Source: a virus
Virus record (IMG/VR): IMGVR_UViG_3300013101_000007
Coordinates: 15,740-79,739 of that record
DNA length: 64,000 nt
Direction: 5' to 3' (one strand)
Part shown: one piece after another, positions 28,792 to 38,254 of the stretch
Position numbering within the stretch: position 1 is the stretch's first letter
How the letters are laid out: each line of letters begins with the position of its first letter
Notes under the pieces: model-generated
The model's input: only the letters and a program-made list of their open reading frames with translations
Databases searched by the model: none
Told to the model about the DNA's origin: nothing
Program-made: the position numbers and the translations under genes

Positions 28792-30135
28792 ATGACTTGG
28801 ACTAATCAAGTTCCATTGATAACAAAAGAAGCGGCTGTTTACCCTTATTCAGCAAAATTAAAAAAACGATTCAGTTTAGCCAGTAGGTATGATGACCCTA
28901 TAAATCTTTACAGAGAGATAGGCAAAGACAAACAACACAGAATTTTACTACCTAGACAAGTATGCCCTATGGGTGTGGATAAACGAGCGGTAGGTATTCC
29001 TGTAAAATTCGATACTATATTTAAACCCAGAAGTGATGAACAAGCCAGAGTTGTAAATGAAGCCTCTACTTTATTGTTGGCGGGTGAATCATTTGTAGTA
29101 AGAGCCCCTACTGGATTTGGTAAAACAATTTGTGCTATGCAGATGATTCATAATGTAGGTAGAAAAACATTAGTTATTGTCACTAAAGAGGACATAAGAG
29201 ACCAATGGATTGACGCGGCTAAAATGATACTAAAAATAAAGAACTCTGAAATAGGTATTATTCAAGGAGACCAATGCAATACCAAAGGAAAAAAGTTCTG
29301 TATTGGTATGATTCAATCCTTATCTAAGTCTGGGAAATACGCTCCTAGTACATGGACAGATTTTGGTTTAGTTATCTGGGATGAAGTACATAGAGTAGCG
29401 GCTGACCACTTCAGCAATAGTGCATGGCTATTACCGGCAAAATTAAGGTTAGGCCTTTCTGCAACACCTGAACGCAAAGACGGTAAAGATGTGGTTATTG
29501 CGGCTCATATAGGCAACGTAAGGGTGGCTACAGAGCAAATGACTATGATACCTAAAGTCTTGGTGGTTAAATCTAAATTCACCTTGCCTATGGTTCCTAG
29601 AAAGATAAATGGTAGATTTAAACAAGTACCTTTACCGCATACTCCGGGGCGTATTCAAGGTGTAAATAAGTGCCTGTCTAAAAATATGACCAGAAATAAG
29701 ATGATAGGCCAATTCATCAAGACCGCTTACAAGAAAGATAGAAATATAATTGTGTTCTCAGATTTAAAGGCTCACCTTGATAGACTTTATGAAATTTGTG
29801 TAATGAACGCGATACCTCAGAAGGATATGGCTTTTTATATTGGGGGTTTGACCAAACAAGAACGAGAACGGGCTAAAGTAAAAGCTATAATTTTTGCCAC
29901 GTATGCCATGACTTCAGAAGCAACTGATATACCGTGGATGGACACAGCGGTTTTATGTACTCCTCGCTCAGATGTGGTTCAGATTGTTGGGCGTATATTA
30001 CGGGAATACCCAGACAAAAAAGAACCTATAGTATTTGATGTTGTAGATCAGTGTAGCAATGTATTGACAGGCTATTACAATAACCGATTGCAATGGTACA
30101 AGTCCATAGGCGCGGAGGTTAGAAGGAAAAATTGA
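28792..30135 (+). CDS. Superfamily II helicase (UvsW/ResIII-like)
   Basis: APTGFGKT, DEVH, LSATPER, QIVGRILR. Confidence 0.92.
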   Translation: MTWTNQVPLITKEAAVYPYSAKLKKRFSLASRYDDPINLYREIGKDKQHRILLPRQVCPMGVDKRAVGIPVKFDTIFKPRSDEQARVVNEASTLLLAGESFVVRAPTGFGKTICAMQMIHNVGRKTLVIVTKEDIRDQWIDAAKMILKIKNSEIGIIQGDQCNTKGKKFCIGMIQSLSKSGKYAPSTWTDFGLVIWDEVHRVAADHFSNSAWLLPAKLRLGLSATPERKDGKDVVIAAHIGNVRVATEQMTMIPKVLVVKSKFTLPMVPRKINGRFKQVPLPHTPGRIQGVNKCLSKNMTRNKMIGQFIKTAYKKDRNIIVFSDLKAHLDRLYEICVMNAIPQKDMAFYIGGLTKQERERAKVKAIIFATYAMTSEATDIPWMDTAVLCTPRSDVVQIVGRILREYPDKKEPIVFDVVDQCSNVLTGYYNNRLQWYKSIGAEVRRKN

Positions 30136-30160
30136 CAATTAAGATAAAATAATTTATAAT
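30132..30160 (+). promoter_or_regulatory. Sigma70 promoter for HTH gene
   Basis: TTGACA-17bp-TATAAT. Confidence 0.8.
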
Positions 30161-30194
30161 TGTCAAAACTGGAAATATCAATAAGGAGAAATAA

Positions 30195-30680
30195 ATGCCA
30201 GTCAAAGTAAAAAAAATCACGGATAAAAAACCCTTCAAGAAGTGGTACGATGATAATAAAAAAGACTTCAATGAACAGCGTAGGGATAGATACCGGACTG
30301 ACCCAGAGTACAGAAAACGTGTGCAAGAAAATAACGCTAAGAATTCAAATAGAAAAAAGAAAAATCTACCTACCATGGATGAGTATGAATCTGTGCCTCT
30401 TGAAATGGAGGGCGGTATTATTCTTGAATGTTACAGTATTAAAGATGCTTGTGAGATTATAGGTAGGGGGAAGCAAACTATACGCCTATGGACAAAAAAC
30501 AAAGATATACCAGATGTATCGGTTGTGGATGAAGAGGGCATAAAGTATTACACCGACACTCAAATAAATCTACTAATTGATTTTGCAGATATTAGAAGGG
30601 GTTTGAGTGGGGCTACCATAAATGCCAATGCAGATTTAGCAAAGGCTTCAAAAATAGTGTTCACTAATTGGGAGAAATAA
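30195..30680 (+). CDS. MerR/excisionase-type HTH DNA-binding protein
   Basis: YSIKDACEIIGRGKQTIRLW....IP.......YYTDTQI. Confidence 0.7.
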   Translation: MPVKVKKITDKKPFKKWYDDNKKDFNEQRRDRYRTDPEYRKRVQENNAKNSNRKKKNLPTMDEYESVPLEMEGGIILECYSIKDACEIIGRGKQTIRLWTKNKDIPDVSVVDEEGIKYYTDTQINLLIDFADIRRGLSGATINANADLAKASKIVFTNWEK

Positions 30681-31172
30681 ATGCCAGTAACTATAAAAAA
30701 GAAAGATGATAACAAACCAGAAAAGGCTAAAGAAAAACCAGAAGTCACCTCCAAAAAGAAATCGGTTAATAAGCCAAAAACGGCAAGTAAAAAAGACCAC
30801 CCAACAGCTAACATAGCTAAACAGTCAAAAGAAACAAAACTGGTTGTAGATGGGCATGAGGTTTCTGATGGCGAAGTAATTAATATGAAAGAACCCACAG
30901 GTCAGGTGAGTCTTGAGTACCCAGATGGAACTACAAAAAATATTCAGATTAAATTAGCCAATGCCTCAAATTATATCGGAGCTACAGTAAATGTAGGAAT
31001 CAGTTTAGGCTTAACTGTCAATATTGGCAACTACGAAAATGTTAAAGCTCAAGTCTCAATTCATATTCCATGCTCACATGAAGAAATTGAAGATACTTAT
31101 GAATTTGCGAAGGAGTGGGCTGATGATAAACTTGAAGAACTACAAGGCGAAATAGAAACCCATAAAGAATAA
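30681..31172 (+). CDS. Hypothetical protein (MPVTI-tagged)
   Basis: GLTVNIGNYENVK motif of a common phage family; Lys-rich N-terminus. Confidence 0.6.
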   Translation: MPVTIKKKDDNKPEKAKEKPEVTSKKKSVNKPKTASKKDHPTANIAKQSKETKLVVDGHEVSDGEVINMKEPTGQVSLEYPDGTTKNIQIKLANASNYIGATVNVGISLGLTVNIGNYENVKAQVSIHIPCSHEEIEDTYEFAKEWADDKLEELQGEIETHKE

Positions 31173-31173
31173 A

Positions 31174-31187
31174 TGCAATCAATTGCA
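31174..31187. repeat. Dispersed palindrome, locus 9
   Basis: TGCAATCAATTGCA upstream of recA. Confidence 0.9.
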
Positions 31188-31201
31188 CTGGAGTATAAAT
31201 A

Positions 31202-32239
31202 ATGAGTTCAATTACTGAACTAGCAGAGCAGATGGGTAAACAGTATGGTAAAGGTGTCGTCACAAATGGTGCAGATGTACCAGAATCATTAAGAGCCGAT
31301 ACTGGAATTTTTCCATTTGATTTAGCAACCGGTGGGGGTTTTCCTATTGGTAAGATAAGTATTTTATATGGGCCTGAATCTAGTCTGAAAACAACCATTG
31401 CACTTAAAGCCATTGCTAGGTATCAACTATCTAATCCTGATAAAAAATGTGTGTTTGTGGATGTTGAAGCCAGTTACTCACCTAATTGGGCAAAGAAACT
31501 AGGTGTTGATACAGAGGCCTTAACTATACTCAGACCAACATGCGCTGAACATGCCGTGGATGCAATAGAAGGGATATTGTACGCTGACGATTGTGGAATT
31601 GTTGTTGTAGATTCATTGGCTGCATTAATAACTGCTAATGAGTTGGACAGTAGTGCTGAGAAGGCCGTAGTGGGCGGTTCTGGATTAGTGATTGGCAAAC
31701 TGTACCGTAAGGCAGTAATGTCACTTAATGATGCCATACGTGAGGACAGATACCCTACATTGATTTGTATAAACCAGATACGGTTTAAAATTGGGGTTAT
31801 GTATGGAGACCCTGAGACTATGCCCGGAGGAAATGCTTTTAAATTTGCTTCAGCATTAACGGTTCGCCTTTACGGTAAAGATGAAATAGATACCAAAATA
31901 AATGCTACTCTACCTGCATGGAAAATATGTTCAGGTATTGTTAAGAAGTATAAAGTACCGATATATGCAAAATCTTTTGAATTTAAACTTTCCATTACAA
32001 AAGCAACCGGCTTTTCAGTCGGTGATGTGGATGATTGGAATACTTTTCTTTCTAAGATGAAGGATTTGCAGATAATAATGAAAGGTAAAAAGGTTGGAAC
32101 GTGGGTAATGCTTGATAAGGAGTACAAAACCCTCAAAGAGATAAGAAAAACCATTGATGATGATGATGGCCTTAATTTGGCATTAAGGGAATTGGTAGTA
32201 GAGGGATGCTTAGATGATGATGATGAGGATGAGGATTAA
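31202..32239 (+). CDS. recA: RecA/UvsX recombinase
   Basis: YGPESSLKTT, VVDSLAAL, INQIRFKIGVMYGDPETMPGGNAFKF. Confidence 0.95.
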   Translation: MSSITELAEQMGKQYGKGVVTNGADVPESLRADTGIFPFDLATGGGFPIGKISILYGPESSLKTTIALKAIARYQLSNPDKKCVFVDVEASYSPNWAKKLGVDTEALTILRPTCAEHAVDAIEGILYADDCGIVVVDSLAALITANELDSSAEKAVVGGSGLVIGKLYRKAVMSLNDAIREDRYPTLICINQIRFKIGVMYGDPETMPGGNAFKFASALTVRLYGKDEIDTKINATLPAWKICSGIVKKYKVPIYAKSFEFKLSITKATGFSVGDVDDWNTFLSKMKDLQIIMKGKKVGTWVMLDKEYKTLKEIRKTIDDDDGLNLALRELVVEGCLDDDDEDED

Positions 32240-32242
32240 ATT

Positions 32243-32434
32243 ATGAGTGATACAATAGAAATGAGCGTAACTATTGTACGGGAAACAGCAAAGGCTTTTT
32301 TGGTAGATGATGGGGATGAGTGGTGGATTCCAAAGTCTCAAATTACTGACCCTGAACAGTTTGATGCAGATGCAAATGATGTAGTAATAATCGAAATATC
32401 AGAATGGTGGGCAGATAAAGCAGGATTATTATAA
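32243..32434 (+). CDS. Small acidic protein
   Basis: ETAKAFLV..WIPKSQI pattern; GAGG RBS. Confidence 0.6.
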   Translation: MSDTIEMSVTIVRETAKAFLVDDGDEWWIPKSQITDPEQFDADANDVVIIEISEWWADKAGLL

Positions 32435-32796
32435 TGGGAGAAAACCCGTGGATAAGAAAGAACACTGGTAAGAAAAATAACCACGGGCGTAAAGCCGAAG
32501 TAAAAACCTCTAGGAGATTAAAAGGTAAGTTACATGCCGGTAGCGGTAATATGGGTGTAAAAGCAGATTTTACAGTAAAAGATTACAAGGTGGAAAATAA
32601 AGCCACTATACACAGGAGCATTAAGCTGGAATTGGATTGGCTGTTAAAGGTGTCACAAGAAGCCATTGAAGTAGGCAAGATACCAGCACTGTCTATTCAG
32701 TTTGTAAATAGCCAAGGTACGCCTTTAAATAAAGGGCGGTGGGTGATGATACCAGAGGATGAGTTTAAAGATTTAATTGAAAACAAACAGGAGTAA
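32434..32796 (+). CDS. Hjc-like PD-(D/E)xK Holliday junction resolvase
   Basis: G..AE...GSG..KAD.....VENK. Confidence 0.7.
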   Translation: MGENPWIRKNTGKKNNHGRKAEVKTSRRLKGKLHAGSGNMGVKADFTVKDYKVENKATIHRSIKLELDWLLKVSQEAIEVGKIPALSIQFVNSQGTPLNKGRWVMIPEDEFKDLIENKQE

Positions 32797-32798
32797 CT

Positions 32799-33059
32799 AT
32801 GTTAAGCGAAGATGAAAAAAGAGAAATTATAGATCAACTAGATTATTTAAAATTTCTAGTCACACACTGTGATGATCTAAAGTATTACGTGTCTACTATA
32901 GGGGATGATGTGCCAGACGATTTCAAAGGACTAGCTAACGATACGGGCGTGGATTTTACAACAGAAAAAGGAAGGTCTTGGCACTCAGCCGCCTTTTGTA
33001 TTAATTTGAAAGTAAAGCATAAGAAGTTTAAAAAGCTAATGTTGGATAGGGTTTCCTGA
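32799..33059 (+). CDS. Hypothetical protein
   Basis: AGGAG RBS. Confidence 0.55.
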   Translation: MLSEDEKREIIDQLDYLKFLVTHCDDLKYYVSTIGDDVPDDFKGLANDTGVDFTTEKGRSWHSAAFCINLKVKHKKFKKLMLDRVS

Positions 33060-33394
33060 TGTTATCCAGAGAGGATTATTTATTACTGAAGTTATCGGAG
33101 GAATGTGCTGAAGTAATCAAAGAAGTTCATAAAGCGTTAGAGTTTGGATTGTACGATTTTGACCCAGACAAACCAAATACTAATAATAGAGAGAAAATAG
33201 TTCAAGAGTTTATTGAATGTCAAACCGTGTTTAATATGTTGGTGGATGAACAAGCATTGTTTTATCCGAATGAAGCTGAAGTAAGTATACGGATTGATGC
33301 TAAACAAAAGAAAGTAGAGAAATACATGGAGTACTCAAGAAACTGCGGTAAGTTAGAACAGGAAGGAATTACTGATTGGGGGGATGACACATAA
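33059..33394 (+). CDS. MazG-like NTP pyrophosphohydrolase
   Basis: LSEECAEVIKEVHKALEFG...E..E. Confidence 0.7.
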   Translation: MLSREDYLLLKLSEECAEVIKEVHKALEFGLYDFDPDKPNTNNREKIVQEFIECQTVFNMLVDEQALFYPNEAEVSIRIDAKQKKVEKYMEYSRNCGKLEQEGITDWGDDT

Positions 33395-34311
33395 TGCCTT
33401 TAAAAATAATAAAAAAATCTAAGCATCCTTTCAGTTTAAAAAAGGTATTACATGAAAAATTGGCTGGTATGGAGGTGGCAAGACCTATGCACAATATTCA
33501 TGCTTCAGAAGCAACTAATGAAGATAAAGAATTTTGTCCACGCGAATACTGTTTAATAGATATAACTAAAAAGAAGCGTAAAGATAAATTTATAGGCACT
33601 TCATTAAGGACAACCTTTGACCACGGCAATGATCTACAAAGACGATTAAACGAAGTATACCTAGCTGATATTATGGTAGGTGATTGGGTGTGTAGGAATT
33701 GTGGAGAGATAAAACAGTTATGCAAGAAACCACCTGAAAAACTACAGTGCTTTACTGATTCTGGGATAAAACATAATTGGGAGTACATAGAACCTAGACC
33801 TTTATCACAAATTTCTGGAATATCTGGCGGGATTGATGCCTTACTAAATACAGGTGAACCGAAGTATAGAATCTATGAAATTAAAACAATGGCTTCAGAT
33901 GCTTTTAAAGCCCTCTCAGCCCCTTTATCTGAGCATCGTATAAGGACTAACCTTTATATGCGTTTGGTTAATGAGGACAACACAGAGCTTCATGATAGAG
34001 TAAATAGTCACACGGCTAATATACTTTACGTGTGTAAGGGGTTTGGGTGCAAAGATGAATCATTAAAATTAATGGGAATAAAAGACGCGCCTTTTTCACC
34101 CTTTAAAGAATTTACAATACATAGGGATGATAGCACTACTACAATAGTTACTCGTAAAGCCAAACTAATAAAAAAATACCGTGCCGGTGGTAAGATGCCT
34201 GATGGAGTATGTGCAACCTCTTTTTGTAAACGTGCAAAAACATGCCCTGTTATCAGTGAATGTTTTAGTGGTAAATTTCCAGCCCAAACAACATGGAATA
34301 AAAAACTATAA
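33394..34311 (+). CDS. Cas4-like PD-(D/E)xK exonuclease
   Basis: N-terminal CPR, GGIDA..YEIKT, C-terminal Cys cluster (C....C.....CP...C). Confidence 0.75.
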   Translation: MPLKIIKKSKHPFSLKKVLHEKLAGMEVARPMHNIHASEATNEDKEFCPREYCLIDITKKKRKDKFIGTSLRTTFDHGNDLQRRLNEVYLADIMVGDWVCRNCGEIKQLCKKPPEKLQCFTDSGIKHNWEYIEPRPLSQISGISGGIDALLNTGEPKYRIYEIKTMASDAFKALSAPLSEHRIRTNLYMRLVNEDNTELHDRVNSHTANILYVCKGFGCKDESLKLMGIKDAPFSPFKEFTIHRDDSTTTIVTRKAKLIKKYRAGGKMPDGVCATSFCKRAKTCPVISECFSGKFPAQTTWNKKL

Positions 34312-34329
34312 ATAAGAAGGTGATTTAGT

Positions 34330-34803
34330 ATGACTGAAGAAGTAGCTCAATGTGAAATGCCCAGATATGAATGTAGTAAAATAGTATGGGCTTTGCAGAT
34401 TAAAGATGTGTTGACTCAAAAAGAATCAATATATTTAACCTTTATTGATGACCGATTTGCAGCAATACAAATTAGTCCAGAATATGTGCAGGAGAATAAA
34501 CCAGAAAGTTTAGGCTATTACATGGTTACAGAAGGAGAACAAGCATCTTATTTGTCTGAAAAATCCTTTAACGTTCATTACAAACCAGAAGGGCACGAAT
34601 GGACACTGGTTGATTGTGAGGACGGTAAGCTTATTAATTTACCGGAAACAGAAGAACTAACTTTGTTTTGCTATGGCAAAGATCAGTACTTAGGCCGGTT
34701 TAATAATGAAGAGCATGAGTTTGGATTTTATACTGAGGCTATTATTGGTGACGGTGACTTTGTTGAAGCCGAACACGTTAAGAAGTGGAAGTATTTGAAA
34801 TGA
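34330..34803 (+). CDS. Conserved phage hypothetical protein
   Basis: PRYECSKIVWALQIK...GYYMV....SYLS..F..Y pattern. Confidence 0.55.
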   Translation: MTEEVAQCEMPRYECSKIVWALQIKDVLTQKESIYLTFIDDRFAAIQISPEYVQENKPESLGYYMVTEGEQASYLSEKSFNVHYKPEGHEWTLVDCEDGKLINLPETEELTLFCYGKDQYLGRFNNEEHEFGFYTEAIIGDGDFVEAEHVKKWKYLK

Positions 34804-35360
34804 GAATACTAGGCTTAGATACTTCAACTAAGACAGGTGTATCTATTCTGGAATATGACCCAGAAATTAATATCATTGATAACTTGTATAAGGATGAATG
34901 GTACTTTGCAAAGCTAAAAGGTATGCCACGGTTGAAAGCTTTTGCAGATAAGCTTTACGAGTTGCTTGATGAATACGAGCCTGATTTTTGCATTATAGAA
35001 GGTTATGGTTTTGCAAACAAACATACATTGGTTACATTGGTTGAGGTAGGTACTGTAATGAAGTACACCTTACACCTATACCGAGTACCTATATTAGATG
35101 TACCACCAACTTCATTAAAAAAATTTGTATCTGGTAAAGGTAATGTAAAAAAAGATGTTATGATGTTGGAAGCATACAAGAGGTGGCAGTTTGAGGGCAC
35201 TGATAACGAAGTCGATGCTTTTTGTTTAGCTCAGTTTGGTATGGGATTATTAGGATTAGTTAAAGTTCCCAAGACCAATGAGAGCGCATTATCTGAATGG
35301 AAAAAGAAGCACCTTGACGATGTTAAGCTAGTGCAATTGATTGCAAATAATGAAAAATAA
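34800..35360 (+). CDS. ruvC: RuvC-like Holliday junction resolvase
   Basis: ILGLDTS, IIEGY, EVG, LKKFVSGKGN..K, DNEVDAFCLA. Confidence 0.85.
   Translation: MRILGLDTSTKTGVSILEYDPEINIIDNLYKDEWYFAKLKGMPRLKAFADKLYELLDEYEPDFCIIEGYGFANKHTLVTLVEVGTVMKYTLHLYRVPILDVPPTSLKKFVSGKGNVKKDVMMLEAYKRWQFEGTDNEVDAFCLAQFGMGLLGLVKVPKTNESALSEWKKKHLDDVKLVQLIANNEK
35332..35345. repeat. Dispersed palindrome, locus 10
   Basis: TGCAATTGATTGCA in ruvC 3' end. Confidence 0.9.
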
Positions 35361-35372
35361 ATTAAATTAAAT

Positions 35373-35400
35373 TTGACAATTAAAATTATATCAGTATAAT
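35373..35400 (+). promoter_or_regulatory. Consensus sigma70 promoter cassette
   Basis: TTGACA-16bp-TATAAT + GAAGCTCAC + AAACGGATTAAA. Confidence 0.85.
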
Positions 35401-35433
35401 GAAGCTCACATTAAACGAAACGGATTAAACAAA

Positions 35434-35562
35434 ATGAAAAAGATTATAACTGATGACTTACAAGAAATGACTGAAATTGCAATGTCTTTAACTGAAAAAG
35501 GTGCGGCTTTTGAGGTACATAAAGTAAATGGGAGTTGGTTGATCGAAATTACAGGATACTAG
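35434..35562 (+). CDS. 42-aa protein (below ORF-track cutoff)
   Basis: ATG right after promoter-cassette leader; MKKIITDDLQEM...WLIEITGY. Confidence 0.6.
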   Translation: MKKIITDDLQEMTEIAMSLTEKGAAFEVHKVNGSWLIEITGY

Positions 35563-35606
35563 GATTTTATGCCACGGATGGCTTTATTAACTTTGGAGAA
35601 ATAAAA

Positions 35607-36458
35607 ATGGCTACAACAGCGAAAAAAACAACCACGGCTTCTAAATTAGCAGCCGGTAACAAAAAACCCGTAACTAAAGCAAAAACAACAACCAAAACCG
35701 CAACTAAAGCAAAAACGGTTGACCTTATTACAGATACCGCGCATAAATTAGAAAATTTAACTAAATCTAAAGCTTATGCAATGGTGGACAAACTGGCACA
35801 AGAAATGGATTTTTCTTACTTCCAGTTAGGTGGTGTTTTATCTGTTATTCAATCAAACGGTTGGTACTCAGATGAAGGACACGAAACGTTTAAATCCTTC
35901 ATTGAAGCTGAACATGGCATTGGGTACAGAAAGGCTATGTACATGGTTGGCATTTATAACGGCTTGGTTGAAGCAAATGTTCCTTGGGCTAAAGTTGAAT
36001 GTTTGGGCTGGTCTAAACTTAAAGAACTTTGTGATACCTTGACAGAGGATAATGTGGATGAATGGGTTGAAATTGCTAAAGATATGACAGTGATTCAATT
36101 ACAGGCCTACATTAAAGAACAGAATAAAGGTTCAACTTCCACAGATGATGACAGTGATGCACCTGATGAGGATGATGTTGCTGATTCTAAGAAATTATCT
36201 ACTTTGACTTTCAAGGTACATGATGACCAAAAAGAAATTATCAATGATGCTGTGGATAAAGCGAAAAATGACGCTGACACAGAATTCGCTAACGTGGCTT
36301 TGGAATCAATCTGCATGGCTTATTTGGCGGGTGGTAAACCTTCTAAAGCTAAACCAAAATCATTACAGGCCACTATGAAAGCATCATCATGGGAAGAGGT
36401 ACTGGATATATTTGAAAAATTGTGGCCTGATGTGATTCTGACCGCTGAAGTTCAATAA
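35607..36458 (+). CDS. Putative DNA-binding protein with Lys/Ala/Thr-rich N-terminus
   Basis: GGAG RBS before ATG 35607; histone-H1-like KTTTKTATKAK; helical core. Confidence 0.55.
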   Translation: MATTAKKTTTASKLAAGNKKPVTKAKTTTKTATKAKTVDLITDTAHKLENLTKSKAYAMVDKLAQEMDFSYFQLGGVLSVIQSNGWYSDEGHETFKSFIEAEHGIGYRKAMYMVGIYNGLVEANVPWAKVECLGWSKLKELCDTLTEDNVDEWVEIAKDMTVIQLQAYIKEQNKGSTSTDDDSDAPDEDDVADSKKLSTLTFKVHDDQKEIINDAVDKAKNDADTEFANVALESICMAYLAGGKPSKAKPKSLQATMKASSWEEVLDIFEKLWPDVILTAEVQ

Positions 36459-36464
36459 CCGGCT

Positions 36465-36485
36465 GGGGGTGTAAAAACCCCCTTA
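36465..36485 (+). terminator. Hairpin, possible terminator
   Basis: GGGGGT-gtaaaa-ACCCCC; weak T-tract. Confidence 0.4.
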
Positions 36486-36510
36486 ACACTTAAACAAACT
36501 GAGAGCATAT

Positions 36511-36864
36511 ATGTTTAATTTTATAAAAAACTTATTTACTGGAGAAGTGGGCTCACCTGCTGATATTAGTAAAAGCACTGTGATAAAAGAAGCAAAAAAA
36601 CATCCTGATTTTAAATTTGATCTGGGGGATGAAGTAAAGGACACTGTGACCGGCTACACAGGTATTATTGAGTACCGTATGCAATGGCTTACTAACTGTA
36701 ATTGTTATGGGGTGTTACCAAGAAAATTAGCCCCTGATGGAAAGATCAAAGACCGGCAACAAATTGATGAACCTCGTTTGGAGTTGGTACGACCTAAAGT
36801 AGTGAAAGAAAATAGACTTACTGGGGGCAATCAAGATATGCCTACGGAAAGTAATCGTTTTTAA
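36511..36864 (+). CDS. Conserved phage hypothetical protein
   Basis: LGDEVKDTVTGYTG......WLTNC....V.P pattern. Confidence 0.6.
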   Translation: MFNFIKNLFTGEVGSPADISKSTVIKEAKKHPDFKFDLGDEVKDTVTGYTGIIEYRMQWLTNCNCYGVLPRKLAPDGKIKDRQQIDEPRLELVRPKVVKENRLTGGNQDMPTESNRF

Positions 36865-36887
36865 TTTTAATTTAATTGGAGAACACA

Positions 36888-37457
36888 ATGAAGCCTGAAC
36901 AATACTTAGTTGACTCAGAAAGAACACTGGCTAAATTCCCTGAAGGGGTGGCGTTATCATCTAAAAATGCAGAAGGATTAGGTTGCTTAATTGATGCTGT
37001 TATTAGACAGTGCCGATTACTTGATGGGATGAAAAAGCATATTTTTTATGGAAAGCCTTTTGATTTGGATGCGGCTATACATGAATTGGCAGAAAACGAG
37101 AAAGTTATTTTAACTACTCAAGTGATTGAAAATTTATCTAAGTTTGATGAGCGGGAAACAAACTTACTTCATGCAGCCATGGGTAAATTAACCGAAGCTG
37201 GTGAAGTTATGGAGAATGTCTATGATTATATTTCCAGTCAAGAACAAAACTACGATGCCGCTAACACTGTAGAAGAAGTGGGTGATGGTTGGTGGTACGA
37301 TGCTATTCTTTTACGTGATGTTGGTGAATCAGTAGAAGGTTGTATGAGTAAAAATATCAATAAGCTGGTAGCCAGATACCCAGATAAATTTAATTCAGAT
37401 GATGCCATTAACCGAGATACTGAAGCTGAAAAGAAAGCTATGGAATCTGATGGATAA
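36888..37457 (+). CDS. MazG-like nucleotide pyrophosphohydrolase
   Basis: LLHAAMG..TEAGE...EEVGD..WY...NINKL.ARYP; GGAG RBS favours start at 36888. Confidence 0.8.
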   Translation: MKPEQYLVDSERTLAKFPEGVALSSKNAEGLGCLIDAVIRQCRLLDGMKKHIFYGKPFDLDAAIHELAENEKVILTTQVIENLSKFDERETNLLHAAMGKLTEAGEVMENVYDYISSQEQNYDAANTVEEVGDGWWYDAILLRDVGESVEGCMSKNINKLVARYPDKFNSDDAINRDTEAEKKAMESDG

Positions 37458-37710
37458 GGATAGAAGGGTTGGTGTTGTCGATAGAAGGATTTATGAGAAC
37501 ACTGGCTCTTTATTTAAAGGGTTACTAAACAGCCTACGGTTTATGATAGAGACCATTTTAATTGTATGTAGTTTTATATATTTGGGTTTTTATGTTGGTA
37601 TTCCTGTTACTTATCTTGTATGGATGTTTGAGAAAAAGTTATGGACTATGAATGATTGGGAGAGGACAGTTGGAAGAAGAAAAACAGACTGGGATAACTA
37701 TTACGCATAA
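37450..37710 (+). CDS. Small membrane protein with DRRxxxxDRR and RRKTD motifs
   Basis: Central TM segment flanked by Arg-rich motifs. Confidence 0.55.
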   Translation: MDKDRRVGVVDRRIYENTGSLFKGLLNSLRFMIETILIVCSFIYLGFYVGIPVTYLVWMFEKKLWTMNDWERTVGRRKTDWDNYYA

Positions 37711-38254
37711 ACCAGCAATTATCTGGATGACTGGTTTATGTGGTTCAGGTAAAACAGCTTTGGCTAATCAAGTTGTACATGAATTGATTGTACGTGGTTA
37801 TGGTGCGGTAGGGCTTGATGGTGATGAACTAAGAAAAGGATTATGTTCTGATTTGGGTTATTCATTATCAGACCGCTCAGAGAACGTAGAGCGGGTTGGG
37901 GAGGTGGCTAAGTTACTTCTTGAAAAAACCCAAGCCTTTGTAGTGGTGTCTATGATTTCACCTTTACATATTGATAGGGATATGATTCGTTATTCTGTAG
38001 AAGAACATCAATTCATTGAAGTCTATATGAACGCCACTATAGAGTACTGTATAAAAGTGGATGCTAAAGGTAATTATGCAAAAGCTAAAGAAGGTAAACT
38101 GAAAAGTTTTACTGGAATCACCTCCCCTTATGAACCACCAAAAGACCCTGAGTTGTCATTTAATATTGAAGTGCATGATATTGAGCTGGTATGTATAAGA
38201 AACATTATGGCTGTTTTAACTAAACGTGGAAACATACCTGAAGGTTTTTTATGA
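37652..38254 (+). CDS. cysC: Adenylyl-sulfate (APS) kinase
   Basis: IWMTGLCGSGKT, LDGDELR.GL..DLGYS..DR.EN, ISP, FTGITSPYEPP. Confidence 0.92.
   Translation: MIGRGQLEEEKQTGITITHKPAIIWMTGLCGSGKTALANQVVHELIVRGYGAVGLDGDELRKGLCSDLGYSLSDRSENVERVGEVAKLLLEKTQAFVVVSMISPLHIDRDMIRYSVEEHQFIEVYMNATIEYCIKVDAKGNYAKAKEGKLKSFTGITSPYEPPKDPELSFNIEVHDIELVCIRNIMAVLTKRGNIPEGFL

Noticed and set aside
35535-35606. Upstream TTG start for 35535..36458
   Set aside because: Overlaps a 42-aa ORF; a strong GGAG RBS precedes ATG 35607
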